Source: Kiritimatiella glycovorans (lineage in GTDB: Bacteria > Verrucomicrobiota > Kiritimatiellia > Kiritimatiellales > Kiritimatiellaceae). From it: a DNA stretch of 32,000 nt. The position numbers were made by a program, and so were the translations under genes. The stretch is from assembly GCF_001017655.1 (NCBI RefSeq), contig NZ_CP010904.1:900001-932000 (forward strand), read 5' to 3'. Of this stretch, positions 1-9,015 are shown piece by piece. Each line of letters begins with the position of its first letter. The first letter of the stretch is position 1. Below the pieces are notes generated by a model. It did no database searches. It had not been told where the DNA came from and was given only the letters and a program-made list of their open reading frames with translations.

Positions 1-24
1 AGGCCGATCCCTGCAATAACGTGC

Positions 25-1011
25 TTATTGGGGCGTTTCGGGCTTGTCATCATCGGCCTCCAGTTCAGCGATCCGCTTCCGGGCGTCTTCCGCCCGTTCC
101 AGGTTGGGAAACTCGTCCAGCAGGCGGCGGTAATAGATCAGTGCGGAATCCGGCTGATGGGAGATCTTATCATAGAACACCGCCCGCTCATACAGTGCTT
201 CGGCCCGGGCTTCCGTCAATTCCGCGCGCAGTTCGCGGACTTCGTCGGCGTGACCGGATTGCGGATAGGTTTCGACGAACATCCGGCAGGCTGTGAGCGC
301 TTTTTCTCGCAGACCGCTGCTGTAAGGGGTTTCACGGCTCAGGTTCACGAGCGTGTGCACCCGTCGGTAGGCCGCCTTCTCCGCGTACTCGGATCGGGGA
401 TAGCGGTATTCCGTTTTGGCGTAGGCGGCGATCGCCTCTTCCGGCTTGTTCTGTCCCTCGTGGATTTTTCCGATCATGAACTGCGCCTCCGGCGCGCGGT
501 CCCAGTTCGGTCCGTACTTGAGAATCGCCTCCAGTGCGGGGAGGGCCGCCTCCGGAGTCTTGAACCCGCCGAAGACCCAGTTGAATCGGCGGCGATTCCC
601 GGCGTCCGTCGCCAGCTCGAAAAGCGACTGGAGCGCGTTCTCGGTGGAAATCTGGTTCCCATATTCCCTGAGCAGTTCGACGTATTCCTCCCGGGCGCGG
701 CGTTTCTTGCCTTGTTCGCGGAGAAGGTCGGCGCGAAACTGCTGCGCGCGGGCCGCATAAGGACTCGCGGGCCATTTTTTCGCGATCAGGGAGTAGAGTT
801 TCAGCGCCCGGCCGGTCTGCCCGTTCTCGCGGGCCTGCTGCGCCTGTCCCCAGACTTCGCCGGGTTCTTGGCCCCCTCCGGTGAAGGGTATGCCCGGCAG
901 GGTGAATGCAAGCACGCCACCTCCCTGGGAGCCCGCGGTAACCGGGACACCGGAGAAGCACAGAAGGCAGGCGAGCGAACACAGCGATAAAAGAAAATGT
1001 CGAGTAATCAT
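25..1011 (-). CDS. BamD/YfiO-like TPR outer-membrane (lipo)protein
   Basis: 328-aa ORF with a hydrophobic N-terminal signal (MITRHFLLSLCSLACLLCFSG). The body consists of TPR-like helical repeats with recurring 'YP.S.YA..A' motifs (WPASPYAARAQ, YPRSEYAEKAAY, YPQSGHADE), as in the BamD/YbgF family. The function call rests on motif recognition only. Confidence 0.6.
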   Translation of the reverse strand: MITRHFLLSLCSLACLLCFSGVPVTAGSQGGGVLAFTLPGIPFTGGGQEPGEVWGQAQQARENGQTGRALKLYSLIAKKWPASPYAARAQQFRADLLREQGKKRRAREEYVELLREYGNQISTENALQSLFELATDAGNRRRFNWVFGGFKTPEAALPALEAILKYGPNWDRAPEAQFMIGKIHEGQNKPEEAIAAYAKTEYRYPRSEYAEKAAYRRVHTLVNLSRETPYSSGLREKALTACRMFVETYPQSGHADEVRELRAELTEARAEALYERAVFYDKISHQPDSALIYYRRLLDEFPNLERAEDARKRIAELEADDDKPETPQ

Positions 1012-1189
1012 GGTCGACCCAGCGTAGTAAGGCCCGCCGCAGGGGTCAAGTTTGTTTGTCGTTGCACGAAAGGCTCTGATCTAATAAACGGATAAAAGAT
1101 TGCTTCCCGGTTTTGCCTTGTGTTTCATGAAGAAAATCAGGTGCCCTAATAAGGGTGCGGCTATCTTAGAAAAGTCAGGGGGGTACACC

Positions 1190-2617
1190 ATGCATTCCAT
1201 AAACCGACGGGAGTTTATCACACGGACCGGCGCCGCGGGGGCGGGGCTCTGGGCTCTGGGGAGCGAAGCGGCCGCGCAGCGGCGTGCCGGCTCAAAACCG
1301 AATATTGTCCTGATCTACGCCGACGATCTCGGCTGGGGTGATGTGAGCTGCTATGCGGCCCGGGACTTTCAGACCCCGCACATCGACTCGATTGCGCGGC
1401 GCGGGGCGAAATTTTTCGAGGGCTACTCCACCTGCCCGATCTGCGGGCCAAGCCGGGCGGCTCTGATGTCCGGGCGCTACCAGCAGCGCTTCGGATTCGA
1501 GACGAATCCGACGCCGGGATACGTGGCCTGGGACGAGGATCTCGGGCTGCCCACCGATGTCGAGATCATGCCGGAGATGCTCAAGCGGGCCGGGTACGCC
1601 ACGGGCTGTGTCGGCAAGTGGCACCTCGGAATCCGGCCGCGATTTCACCCCAACAACCGCGGCTTCGACTACTTCTACGGCTTCGCCGGCGGGATGCATT
1701 CCTACTACATGAAGCACGACTTCTGGTATAACTGGGGCAATGAAATCGAGGAGAACGGGGAACCGGTCGATTCCTGGGATTATTTATCGGACGAGTTCGC
1801 CCGCCGGGGCGACGAGTTCATCCGGCGCCATCGCGACGGACCGTTTTTCCTCTACCTCGCGTTCAACGCGCCGCACGGGCCCATCCAGGCGACGCAGAAG
1901 TATCTCGACCGCGCCGCGAAACTCGACGAGGACGCCCGCCGCGAATACGCCGCAGTGATGTTCGGGCTCGACGAGGGGGTGGGGCGCATCCTCGATACCC
2001 TCCGCCGGCTGGGTATCGAGAGGAATACGCTCCTTTTCTTCATCAGCGACAACGGAACGCACCGCAACCTGAAGAGTCCCGACTCGCCGCTGAACGGCGC
2101 CAAGGGGCGGGTCGAGGAGGGCGGCGTCCGCGTTCCGTTCCTCGCCCAGTGGCCCGGCGTCATTCCCGCGGGCTCCACGCTCGAGGGCCCTGCCTGCACG
2201 TTCGATCTTTATCCCACCTTTGCGCGTCTCGCCGGTGTGCCGCTGCGGCAGAAGACGGATGGCGTCGACCTTATGCCCTTCATGACGGGAGCCACGGATG
2301 AGGCGCCGCACGAGCAGCTTTACTGGGGCGGGTTCGGCCGCGGCGGTGTGCGCTTCCGGAACTGGAAGCTGATCCGGGAAGACGACAAGCCCGTCGCGCT
2401 CTACAATCTCGAAGAGGATATGGGTGAGACGCAGAACCTCATGGACTCCCGGCCCGAACGCGCCCGGGAAATGGAGGCCCGCTTCCAGGCCTGGCGCGGG
2501 GCGATGAGCCCGCCCGCCTGGGACATCCCGAAACGCTCGGAATATGCCGAGCAGCGCCGACTCTGGGAAAACAAAATCGATTTCCGCGAGGTGCCTCCGG
2601 GCGAAAGGGGCCAATAA
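1190..2617 (+). CDS. Arylsulfatase-family (formylglycine-dependent) sulfatase, Tat-exported
   Basis: Start chosen at ATG 1190; the track start at 1100 is an upstream extension. Twin-arginine signal INRREFITRTGAAGAGLWALGSEAAAQ. Metal-site motif IVLIYADDLGWGD. FGly motif C-G-P-S-R within STCPICGPSRAALMSGR. GKWHLG and ISDNG motifs are present. Confidence 0.9.
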   Translation: MHSINRREFITRTGAAGAGLWALGSEAAAQRRAGSKPNIVLIYADDLGWGDVSCYAARDFQTPHIDSIARRGAKFFEGYSTCPICGPSRAALMSGRYQQRFGFETNPTPGYVAWDEDLGLPTDVEIMPEMLKRAGYATGCVGKWHLGIRPRFHPNNRGFDYFYGFAGGMHSYYMKHDFWYNWGNEIEENGEPVDSWDYLSDEFARRGDEFIRRHRDGPFFLYLAFNAPHGPIQATQKYLDRAAKLDEDARREYAAVMFGLDEGVGRILDTLRRLGIERNTLLFFISDNGTHRNLKSPDSPLNGAKGRVEEGGVRVPFLAQWPGVIPAGSTLEGPACTFDLYPTFARLAGVPLRQKTDGVDLMPFMTGATDEAPHEQLYWGGFGRGGVRFRNWKLIREDDKPVALYNLEEDMGETQNLMDSRPERAREMEARFQAWRGAMSPPAWDIPKRSEYAEQRRLWENKIDFREVPPGERGQ

Positions 2618-4095
2618 TGAGGAGGCACGCCCGTTCTGCAGCCATGTTTGTGCTGGCCTGGTTCACCGGCGTCGTCGCCTCCGCGGCGGGGTTGCGCGGA
2701 CCCGCCGAATCCGGCCCTCTCCCGAATATCATCATCTTCTTCATCGACGATATGGGCTATGCCGACATTGGACCATTCGGAGTAGAAGAATACTCCACCC
2801 CGAACCTGGACCGGATGGCGCGTGAAGGCCGTGTCTTTACGGATTTCATCGTCAGCTCCCCCGTCTGCTCGGCCTCGCGCGCTGCGCTGATGACCGGGTG
2901 CTTCAACCGCCGCGTGGGGATTCAGGGCGCGCTGTTCCCGAATCATACCCACGGGCTGAATCCCTCCGAGACCACCCTCGCGGAAATCTGCAGGCAGCGC
3001 GGATACGCCACCGCCTGCTATGGGAAATGGCACCTCGGTCATCATCCGAAATTCCTCCCTCCGAACCACGGGTTCGACGAATACCTGGGCATCCCGTACT
3101 CGAACGACATGTGGCCGCTTAATCCCAAGAATCAGAAACTCCCCGAGCACCGCCGTTTCCCGCCGCTGCCGCTGATCGAAGGCACCGAGGTGGTCGACCC
3201 GGATCTCGGACCCGAAGACCAGCAGCAGTTTACGCGCCTGTTCACCCAACGCGCGGTTTCCTTTATCGAGCGGCATCGGGAGCAACCGTTTTTCATCTAT
3301 CTTCCGCACCCGATGGTTCATGTTCCGCTCTATGCGAGCGAGGCGTTCGAGGGACGCAGCGGCGCAGGGCTCTACGGTGACGTGGTGATGGAGCTGGACT
3401 GGTCCGTAGGGCGGATTCTGGATACGCTTGAGCGGCACGGACTCGATCGGGAGACGCTGGTCGTGTTTACCTCGGATAACGGACCCTGGCTCGCCTACGG
3501 CGATCACGCCGGGTCCGCGGGGCCGCTGCGGGAAGGGAAGCTCACCGCCTTCGAAGGCGGCATCCGTGAACCGACGGTGTGCTGGTGGCCGGGGCGTATT
3601 CCGGCGGGCACGGAGTGTGATGAACTCGCTTCCACGATCGACCTGCTCCCGACCGTGGCCGCTCTGATCGGCGCGGAGCTTCCTGAACACCGGATCGACG
3701 GGAAGGACATCGCGCCGCTCCTTTTCGGTACGCCGGGCGCCGAGTCGCCGCACGAAGCTTTCCCGATCTACTATCGCGGCCATCTTCACGCGATTCGCGA
3801 AGACCGCTGGAAGGTGGTCTTCCCGCACACCTACAGCTTAATGGAAGGCCGCGAAGCCGGCCGCGGGGGGGTGCCGCGGGCCTATGCGAAGGGGCGGGCC
3901 GAACTCGCGCTGTACGACCTCGATCATGATATCGGCGAGGCCACCGATGTGAAGGACCGCTATCCGGAGATTTTTGAACGTTTGACGCGGGCCGCCGACC
4001 GGTACCGGGCGGACCTGGGGGACGGAAGGAACCGCGGTCCCGGCATCCGCAATGCCGCGTCGCTCAATGAAGGGGATCCGCGCCTCACTTGGTGA
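2617..4095 (+). CDS. Arylsulfatase-family sulfatase with variant C-x-A-x-R maturation motif
   Basis: ATG overlaps the upstream stop by 1 nt (TAATG). Sec-like signal MRRHARSAAMFVLAWFTGVVASAAG. Motifs IIIFFIDDMGYADIG, SSPVCSASRAALMTG (C-S-A-S-R), GKWHLGH and TSDNGPW are present. Confidence 0.9.
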   Translation: MRRHARSAAMFVLAWFTGVVASAAGLRGPAESGPLPNIIIFFIDDMGYADIGPFGVEEYSTPNLDRMAREGRVFTDFIVSSPVCSASRAALMTGCFNRRVGIQGALFPNHTHGLNPSETTLAEICRQRGYATACYGKWHLGHHPKFLPPNHGFDEYLGIPYSNDMWPLNPKNQKLPEHRRFPPLPLIEGTEVVDPDLGPEDQQQFTRLFTQRAVSFIERHREQPFFIYLPHPMVHVPLYASEAFEGRSGAGLYGDVVMELDWSVGRILDTLERHGLDRETLVVFTSDNGPWLAYGDHAGSAGPLREGKLTAFEGGIREPTVCWWPGRIPAGTECDELASTIDLLPTVAALIGAELPEHRIDGKDIAPLLFGTPGAESPHEAFPIYYRGHLHAIREDRWKVVFPHTYSLMEGREAGRGGVPRAYAKGRAELALYDLDHDIGEATDVKDRYPEIFERLTRAADRYRADLGDGRNRGPGIRNAASLNEGDPRLTW

Positions 4096-4229
4096 GGCGC
4101 GCTCGTTGCGGAAATGCCGGATATCTGAACCCGGTATGGTTTTTCGGAAGGTGTTTCCCTTTTCCTGTGCGGAGTAATTCAATTATGACGCGGATTCGGC
4201 AAACGCCACACACGTACAGGGGGGATCGT

Positions 4230-7200
4230 ATGCATTCGGACACACGGCTTATCACGGTAATCCTGGGAGGGCTGTTATGTGCCGCCCAGGTTTTCAGCGC
4301 CCCCTTTGCAGTCCCCGAAAATATCGCCATGGAAGCGGAGGCGACGGCCAGCTCGGTCTCGCGAGGGCAGGGGCCGCACCGGGCGATCGATGGACGGGTC
4401 GGCGGCTACCCGGATGCCCCCGAACACGAGTGGGCGAGCCGCTTCGAAGGAGAGGGAGCCTGGCTCAGGCTCGAGTGGCCGGAACCGGTGACCCTGAACC
4501 AGATCCGGATGTACGACCGGCCGACGGCGATCGATCACATCGTGAGGGCCAAGGCGGTGTTCGACGACGGGCGCTACGTGGAACTGATCGAACCGGCCAA
4601 CGACGCGTCAACCCCCGCGCGGGCCGGATTCGATCCGGTCACAACGCGGTCGCTCACGATCGAGGTGACGGAAGCCGGCCCCGACAACCGCAATGTGGGG
4701 ATCGCCGAAGTGCTGGTGCTGAACAAGCCGTTTGATTTTGCCGCGACGAAGATTCACGGGGAAACCCCGGCCGTGCGGCCCCCGGATCTGAAACTGCACG
4801 ATGCGCTGCGCCCGCGGAATCCGCGTGTCGACCGGCGGGAAAACCCGACGCACGTGATCGATGTGGCCCCGGTGTTTTCCTGGGACCTTCCCGCGGACAC
4901 CGCACAGCAGGCGTACCGCATTCGCCTCGACCCCCGGCCCGGGGTGCTCGAAGAGCGGGAGGTCTTTTTCGACAGCGGCTGGGTTTCTTCCGGGAGCGCG
5001 GCGTGGGAGTACTGGCCGCCGGACGAAGCCCGCCGTCTCACACGGGTGTACGAGCCGTATTACTGGTCCGTGCAGGTTCGGGATGACGAAGGTCGCGTGA
5101 GCGCGTGGTCGCCGGAACAGAAATTTGAACTGGGTGTCGGCCTGCCGCCGAAGTGGATCTTCGGCATCGGCTGGTCGCGCTATCACTACGAGAACAGCGA
5201 GCAGGTGCGTGAGGTCGTGCGGATCACGCGCGATCTCGGCATTCCCGGCGACTGGATCCATCCCGACTTCGCATGGGGCGGACACTGGGACACGATGAAG
5301 TGGGGCGAGGGCTATGCGGACGCGGAAGCGCTGATGGACGAAATCGGAGAGAAAGGCTACCGGCTCTGTCTGATCGATCACCACGGCATTTCGGCCGAAA
5401 GCGACCCCGCGCGCGCCGCCCTGCTTGAGGAGCGCGGCTGGCTCGATCCCTCGCAGCGCGGCCCCGGCGACCGCGTGGCGCTGGACTTCCGCAACCGGGA
5501 GGCCCGGGACTGGTACAGGGAACACTATCTCAAACCGCTCTACGAGGACGGGGTCGGTTCCTTCAAACTCGACGGAACCTGTGGATGGGGGTCGCTCTGG
5601 AGAAACCGCGACGACCGGCTGTGGGACCTCTATCACAAGATGTTCTTCGAGGCGCAGAAGCAGTATACCCATGGGGGCGAGGGGCGGGGGGTCATTACCG
5701 CGCGCACGATGAGCCGCCCCTATCCCGCGATCTGGACCGACGATATCCCCGGCACCTGGGGCACATTCGCCTCGCAGATCGAAGTCCTCGGCGCCCTGGC
5801 GCGGGTCGACGTCCCCTACGTGATGGCCGACGCCGGGGGATTCAATTCGCGCATGACGCCCGAGGGCTTTGTGCGCTGGAGCCAGCAGGCGCTGCTCTCG
5901 CCGCTGGTATGGACCCACGACGGGAATGAGCCGTGGCGATTCTACGGCCGGGACGCCATGGAGCTGTTCCGCGATTTCGCGAAGCTGCGCTACCGGCTGA
6001 TGCCCTACCTTTACACGCTGGCGGCCGCGAACTACGCCGACGGCTCTCCAATCGTCATGCCGATGGATATGGCGTTCCCGGATGCGGAGATCCCCGGAGC
6101 GATGTGGCGCGAACTCGGTCCGCTGTCGCTCGGCTTTTTCCACCACTACGCGCCCGAAGAGGTCAAGGGCGACTGGAAGACGCAGCTGATCCACACCCAG
6201 TACCTGTTGGGCGACGACCTCCTCGTCGTGCCCGTGATCCGGCCTTCGGACTGGTCGCCTCCAGATTTTGAAAACCGTACACCCGGTCCGGGGAAGTACA
6301 TTGCCAGTTACGTCGAACCGGAAACGAAGCCGTTCGACGAAGCGCTGCAGACGTGGGAGGTGGGAGACGAGCTCGTGTATCGCGTCCGCGCGCTCGACAT
6401 TCCCCGTCGCACCTTCACGGTGGCTTTCTGCGCCCAGCCGCGGCTTCATCGCGCCTGCGGTCTGCCGCCGACCGATGTGATCGTCGAGGGCGAGACCGTG
6501 AAGACGGTTGAACCGGTGGCCGATCCCGGCATGGGGCGCCCCGTGGCCGTCACTTTTCCCGGAAGGGACCGGGATGATGACGGCTGGATCGAAATACGCA
6601 TGTGCGCATCGGGACGTCCTCCCGCGCACGAGGACATGAGCGGTGAGCAGTGGGAGGAAAAACTGGCCGGCAGTGCGCGCCTGAAGAAAGTCTTTGCCAA
6701 TGCGATCTGGCAGTACGACCGAGAAGAGGTGTCTGCGGAGCAGCTTATGGCCGGCGAGGCGGACGCGCCGTTTCGGATGAATCTCGGTGTGTTCAATAAG
6801 AAGATCCGGGACCTGTCCGCGGAGCGCACCTTCTGGGTTCCGCCGGGACGGTGGACGGACTGGTTTACAGGTCGTCGGTACGAGGGACCGGACGTCGTGA
6901 CGGAGACCGTGCCGATCGAACGGCTTGTGCTGCTCGTGCGTGAAGGCGCGGTCGTGCCCCTGCAGCCCGAGATGGATTATGTCGATGAGAAAGCGCTGGA
7001 TCCGTTGACGCTGGTCATCGCGCCCCGTTCCGGCGTACGCACGTACGAGCTGTACGAAGACGACGGTCTAACGCGCGCGCATCAGAAAGGAATGTACGCG
7101 AAGACGCCCATACGCGTGGAACCCGCAGGGGAGGGACGCACGCGCGTTTCGGTTTCCGCGCCCGAGGGCCCGTACTCCGATCAACTGCCTGCACGCCGGC

Positions 7201-7358
7201 GCTATCGACTGGAAATCCTGGGAGACCCCCTTTCCTCCGTGTCCGCGAGAACACCCGGGGGTAAGTCATTCAAGGTCGACCGACGCTACGAAGCACCCCG
7301 CCGGCGGGCGGTGATCGAGACCGGCCCGCGTCCGGACGGATTCGAGGTGGAGTTTTGA
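4230..7358 (+). CDS. Secreted multidomain glycoside hydrolase, GH31-like catalytic core with N-terminal discoidin-like and rhamnosidase-N/FN3-like modules
   Basis: Start chosen at ATG 4230. It is preceded by AGGGGGGA and gives the signal peptide MHSDTRLITVILGGLLCAAQVFSAP. Discoidin-like segment: AIDGRVGGYPD..WASRFEGEGAWLRLEW..IRMYDR. FN3-like segment: PVFSWDLP..QAYRIRL..YYWSVQVRD. GH31-type segments: FKLDGTCGW and PYVMADAGGFNS..FVRWSQQALLSPLVWTHD..EPWRF..LRYRLMPYLYT. C-terminal beta-sandwich signature YELYEDDGLT. Confidence 0.8.
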   Translation: MHSDTRLITVILGGLLCAAQVFSAPFAVPENIAMEAEATASSVSRGQGPHRAIDGRVGGYPDAPEHEWASRFEGEGAWLRLEWPEPVTLNQIRMYDRPTAIDHIVRAKAVFDDGRYVELIEPANDASTPARAGFDPVTTRSLTIEVTEAGPDNRNVGIAEVLVLNKPFDFAATKIHGETPAVRPPDLKLHDALRPRNPRVDRRENPTHVIDVAPVFSWDLPADTAQQAYRIRLDPRPGVLEEREVFFDSGWVSSGSAAWEYWPPDEARRLTRVYEPYYWSVQVRDDEGRVSAWSPEQKFELGVGLPPKWIFGIGWSRYHYENSEQVREVVRITRDLGIPGDWIHPDFAWGGHWDTMKWGEGYADAEALMDEIGEKGYRLCLIDHHGISAESDPARAALLEERGWLDPSQRGPGDRVALDFRNREARDWYREHYLKPLYEDGVGSFKLDGTCGWGSLWRNRDDRLWDLYHKMFFEAQKQYTHGGEGRGVITARTMSRPYPAIWTDDIPGTWGTFASQIEVLGALARVDVPYVMADAGGFNSRMTPEGFVRWSQQALLSPLVWTHDGNEPWRFYGRDAMELFRDFAKLRYRLMPYLYTLAAANYADGSPIVMPMDMAFPDAEIPGAMWRELGPLSLGFFHHYAPEEVKGDWKTQLIHTQYLLGDDLLVVPVIRPSDWSPPDFENRTPGPGKYIASYVEPETKPFDEALQTWEVGDELVYRVRALDIPRRTFTVAFCAQPRLHRACGLPPTDVIVEGETVKTVEPVADPGMGRPVAVTFPGRDRDDDGWIEIRMCASGRPPAHEDMSGEQWEEKLAGSARLKKVFANAIWQYDREEVSAEQLMAGEADAPFRMNLGVFNKKIRDLSAERTFWVPPGRWTDWFTGRRYEGPDVVTETVPIERLVLLVREGAVVPLQPEMDYVDEKALDPLTLVIAPRSGVRTYELYEDDGLTRAHQKGMYAKTPIRVEPAGEGRTRVSVSAPEGPYSDQLPARRRYRLEILGDPLSSVSARTPGGKSFKVDRRYEAPRRRAVIETGPRPDGFEVEF

Positions 7359-7361
7359 CGG

Positions 7362-7507
7362 ACAGCGATTCTCATTATGGCTTCACCCTTTTCGGTCGGG
7401 GTGGCACCCGACCCTCCCAATGCCCGAAAATGCGTCGGATATCGACTCGGGAGGGACGGCTGCCACGCCGTCCGCGGTCGGAATGCGGCCATAATGAGAA
7501 CTGCTGT
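7362..7507. mobile_element. MITE-like non-autonomous element (146 bp) with 20-bp terminal inverted repeats and flanking direct repeat
   Basis: Left TIR is ACAGCGATTCTCATTATGGC (7362-7381). Right TIR is GCCATAATGAGAACTGCTGT (7488-7507), whose reverse complement matches the left TIR at 18 of 20 positions. TTGACGG directly abuts both ends (7355-7361 and 7508-7514). The interior has several GC hairpins and no ORF. Confidence 0.6.
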
Positions 7508-7593
7508 TTGACGGACGGAGGGCCTTGAAATGGAGGCGGCAAACGGCGCATAGTGTCGTTTTGTTGAGGTTCGGTTAATCGAAGGGAGTCCAG

Positions 7594-8976
7594 ATGAATG
7601 CGTTTGTGATCCTTCTCTCCTGTGTGGCGGCCCTGGGGGGATTTCTGTTCGGTTTCGACAGCGGCGTGATCAACGGAACGGTAGGGGCGCTGCAGGAGGC
7701 GTTCGCAACATCGGAAGTCGCTTCGGGCTTCAATGTGGCCTCGATGCTGCTCGGCTGTGCGGTGGGCGCGTTTTTCGCCGGGCGGATCGCCGACTGGCTC
7801 GGGCGCCGCTTTGCGCTGATCGCCGCCGCGGTCTGCTTCGGCGTCAGTGCGTGGGGTTCCGGGGTCGCGGACGGATCTTTCGAGTTCGTGATGTACCGTC
7901 TGATCGGCGGACTGGCCGTGGGAGGCGCGAGCATCATCAGTCCGGCCTACATCAGCGAGATCGCCCCGGCCGCTTACCGCGGCCGCCTCGCTTCTCTTCA
8001 GCAGATGGCGATCGTCCTGGGACTTTTTGTAGCTTTTCTGAGCAATTTCCTGCTGGCCAGTGCCAGCGGGGGGGCCTCGGACCCCTTGTGGGGCTTTCAG
8101 ACCTGGCAGTGGATGTTCTGGATGGAACTGATCCCGGTGACTCTCTTTTTTCTGGGGCTGCTGTGTATTCCGGAGTCGCCGCGGTTCCTGGTGGCGCGTG
8201 AAAAATATGAAAAGGCCGAGTCGGTCCTGGCGCGCGTCGATCATCCGGACGACGCGCCCGAAAAGGTCGGGCAGATCCGGGCGACGCTGAATCGGGGTCA
8301 CCGGCCGAGTCTCCGCGACGTGTGGAATCAGGCGGGGAAGCGCGTCTATCCCGTCGTCTGGGTCGGCATTCTGCTGGCCGCCTTCCAGCAGCTCGTCGGC
8401 ATCAATGTCATTTTCTACTATGGCGAGGTGCTCTGGGAAGCGGCCGGCTTCACCGAAGAAAACGCCCTGCTGATCAATGTCATCGGCGGCGCGATCAACA
8501 TCGGCAGCACGGTGGTCGCCATCCTGCTGGTCGATAAGGTGGGCCGCAAACCGATGCTGCTCTGGGGTTCGGTCGGCATGACGGTCTTTCTCGGGCTCCT
8601 GGCCCTGGTTTTCGCCGGAGCGAAGGTCGATTCCGCCGGCAACCTTCAACTGACCGGCGCCTCCGGCGTATTCGCGCTGCTGGCCGCGAATTGCTACATC
8701 ATATGTTTCGCGGTGACCTGGGGGCCGGTGATGTGGGTGCTGCTCGGCGAGATGTTCCCCAACCAGATGCGCGGCGCGGCGCTCTCGCTGGCCGGTCTTT
8801 CGCAGTGGGCGACGAATTTTATCGTGACCATAACCTTCCCGATGATGCTTGCGGGGATCGGTCTGGGCGGGGCCTACGGCTGCTATGCCTTCTTCGCCCT
8901 GCTGTCGATCTTCTTCGCGTGGAAGTTTGTCGGCGAGACCAAAGGCAAGACGCTCGAGGAGATGACCGGCGGGTAG
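7594..8976 (+). CDS. MFS sugar porter (sugar:H+ symporter, XylE/GalP/AraE-like)
   Basis: 460 aa with a 12-TM-like hydrophobic pattern. Sugar-porter signatures GRIADWLGRR, IPESPRFL and the C-terminal GETKGKTLEEM. GGGAG lies upstream of the ATG. Confidence 0.88.
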   Translation: MNAFVILLSCVAALGGFLFGFDSGVINGTVGALQEAFATSEVASGFNVASMLLGCAVGAFFAGRIADWLGRRFALIAAAVCFGVSAWGSGVADGSFEFVMYRLIGGLAVGGASIISPAYISEIAPAAYRGRLASLQQMAIVLGLFVAFLSNFLLASASGGASDPLWGFQTWQWMFWMELIPVTLFFLGLLCIPESPRFLVAREKYEKAESVLARVDHPDDAPEKVGQIRATLNRGHRPSLRDVWNQAGKRVYPVVWVGILLAAFQQLVGINVIFYYGEVLWEAAGFTEENALLINVIGGAINIGSTVVAILLVDKVGRKPMLLWGSVGMTVFLGLLALVFAGAKVDSAGNLQLTGASGVFALLAANCYIICFAVTWGPVMWVLLGEMFPNQMRGAALSLAGLSQWATNFIVTITFPMMLAGIGLGGAYGCYAFFALLSIFFAWKFVGETKGKTLEEMTGG

Positions 8977-9015
8977 GACCGGGAAGGCCCGAGGTTTGGA
9001 CGATCACCTCGCGCA

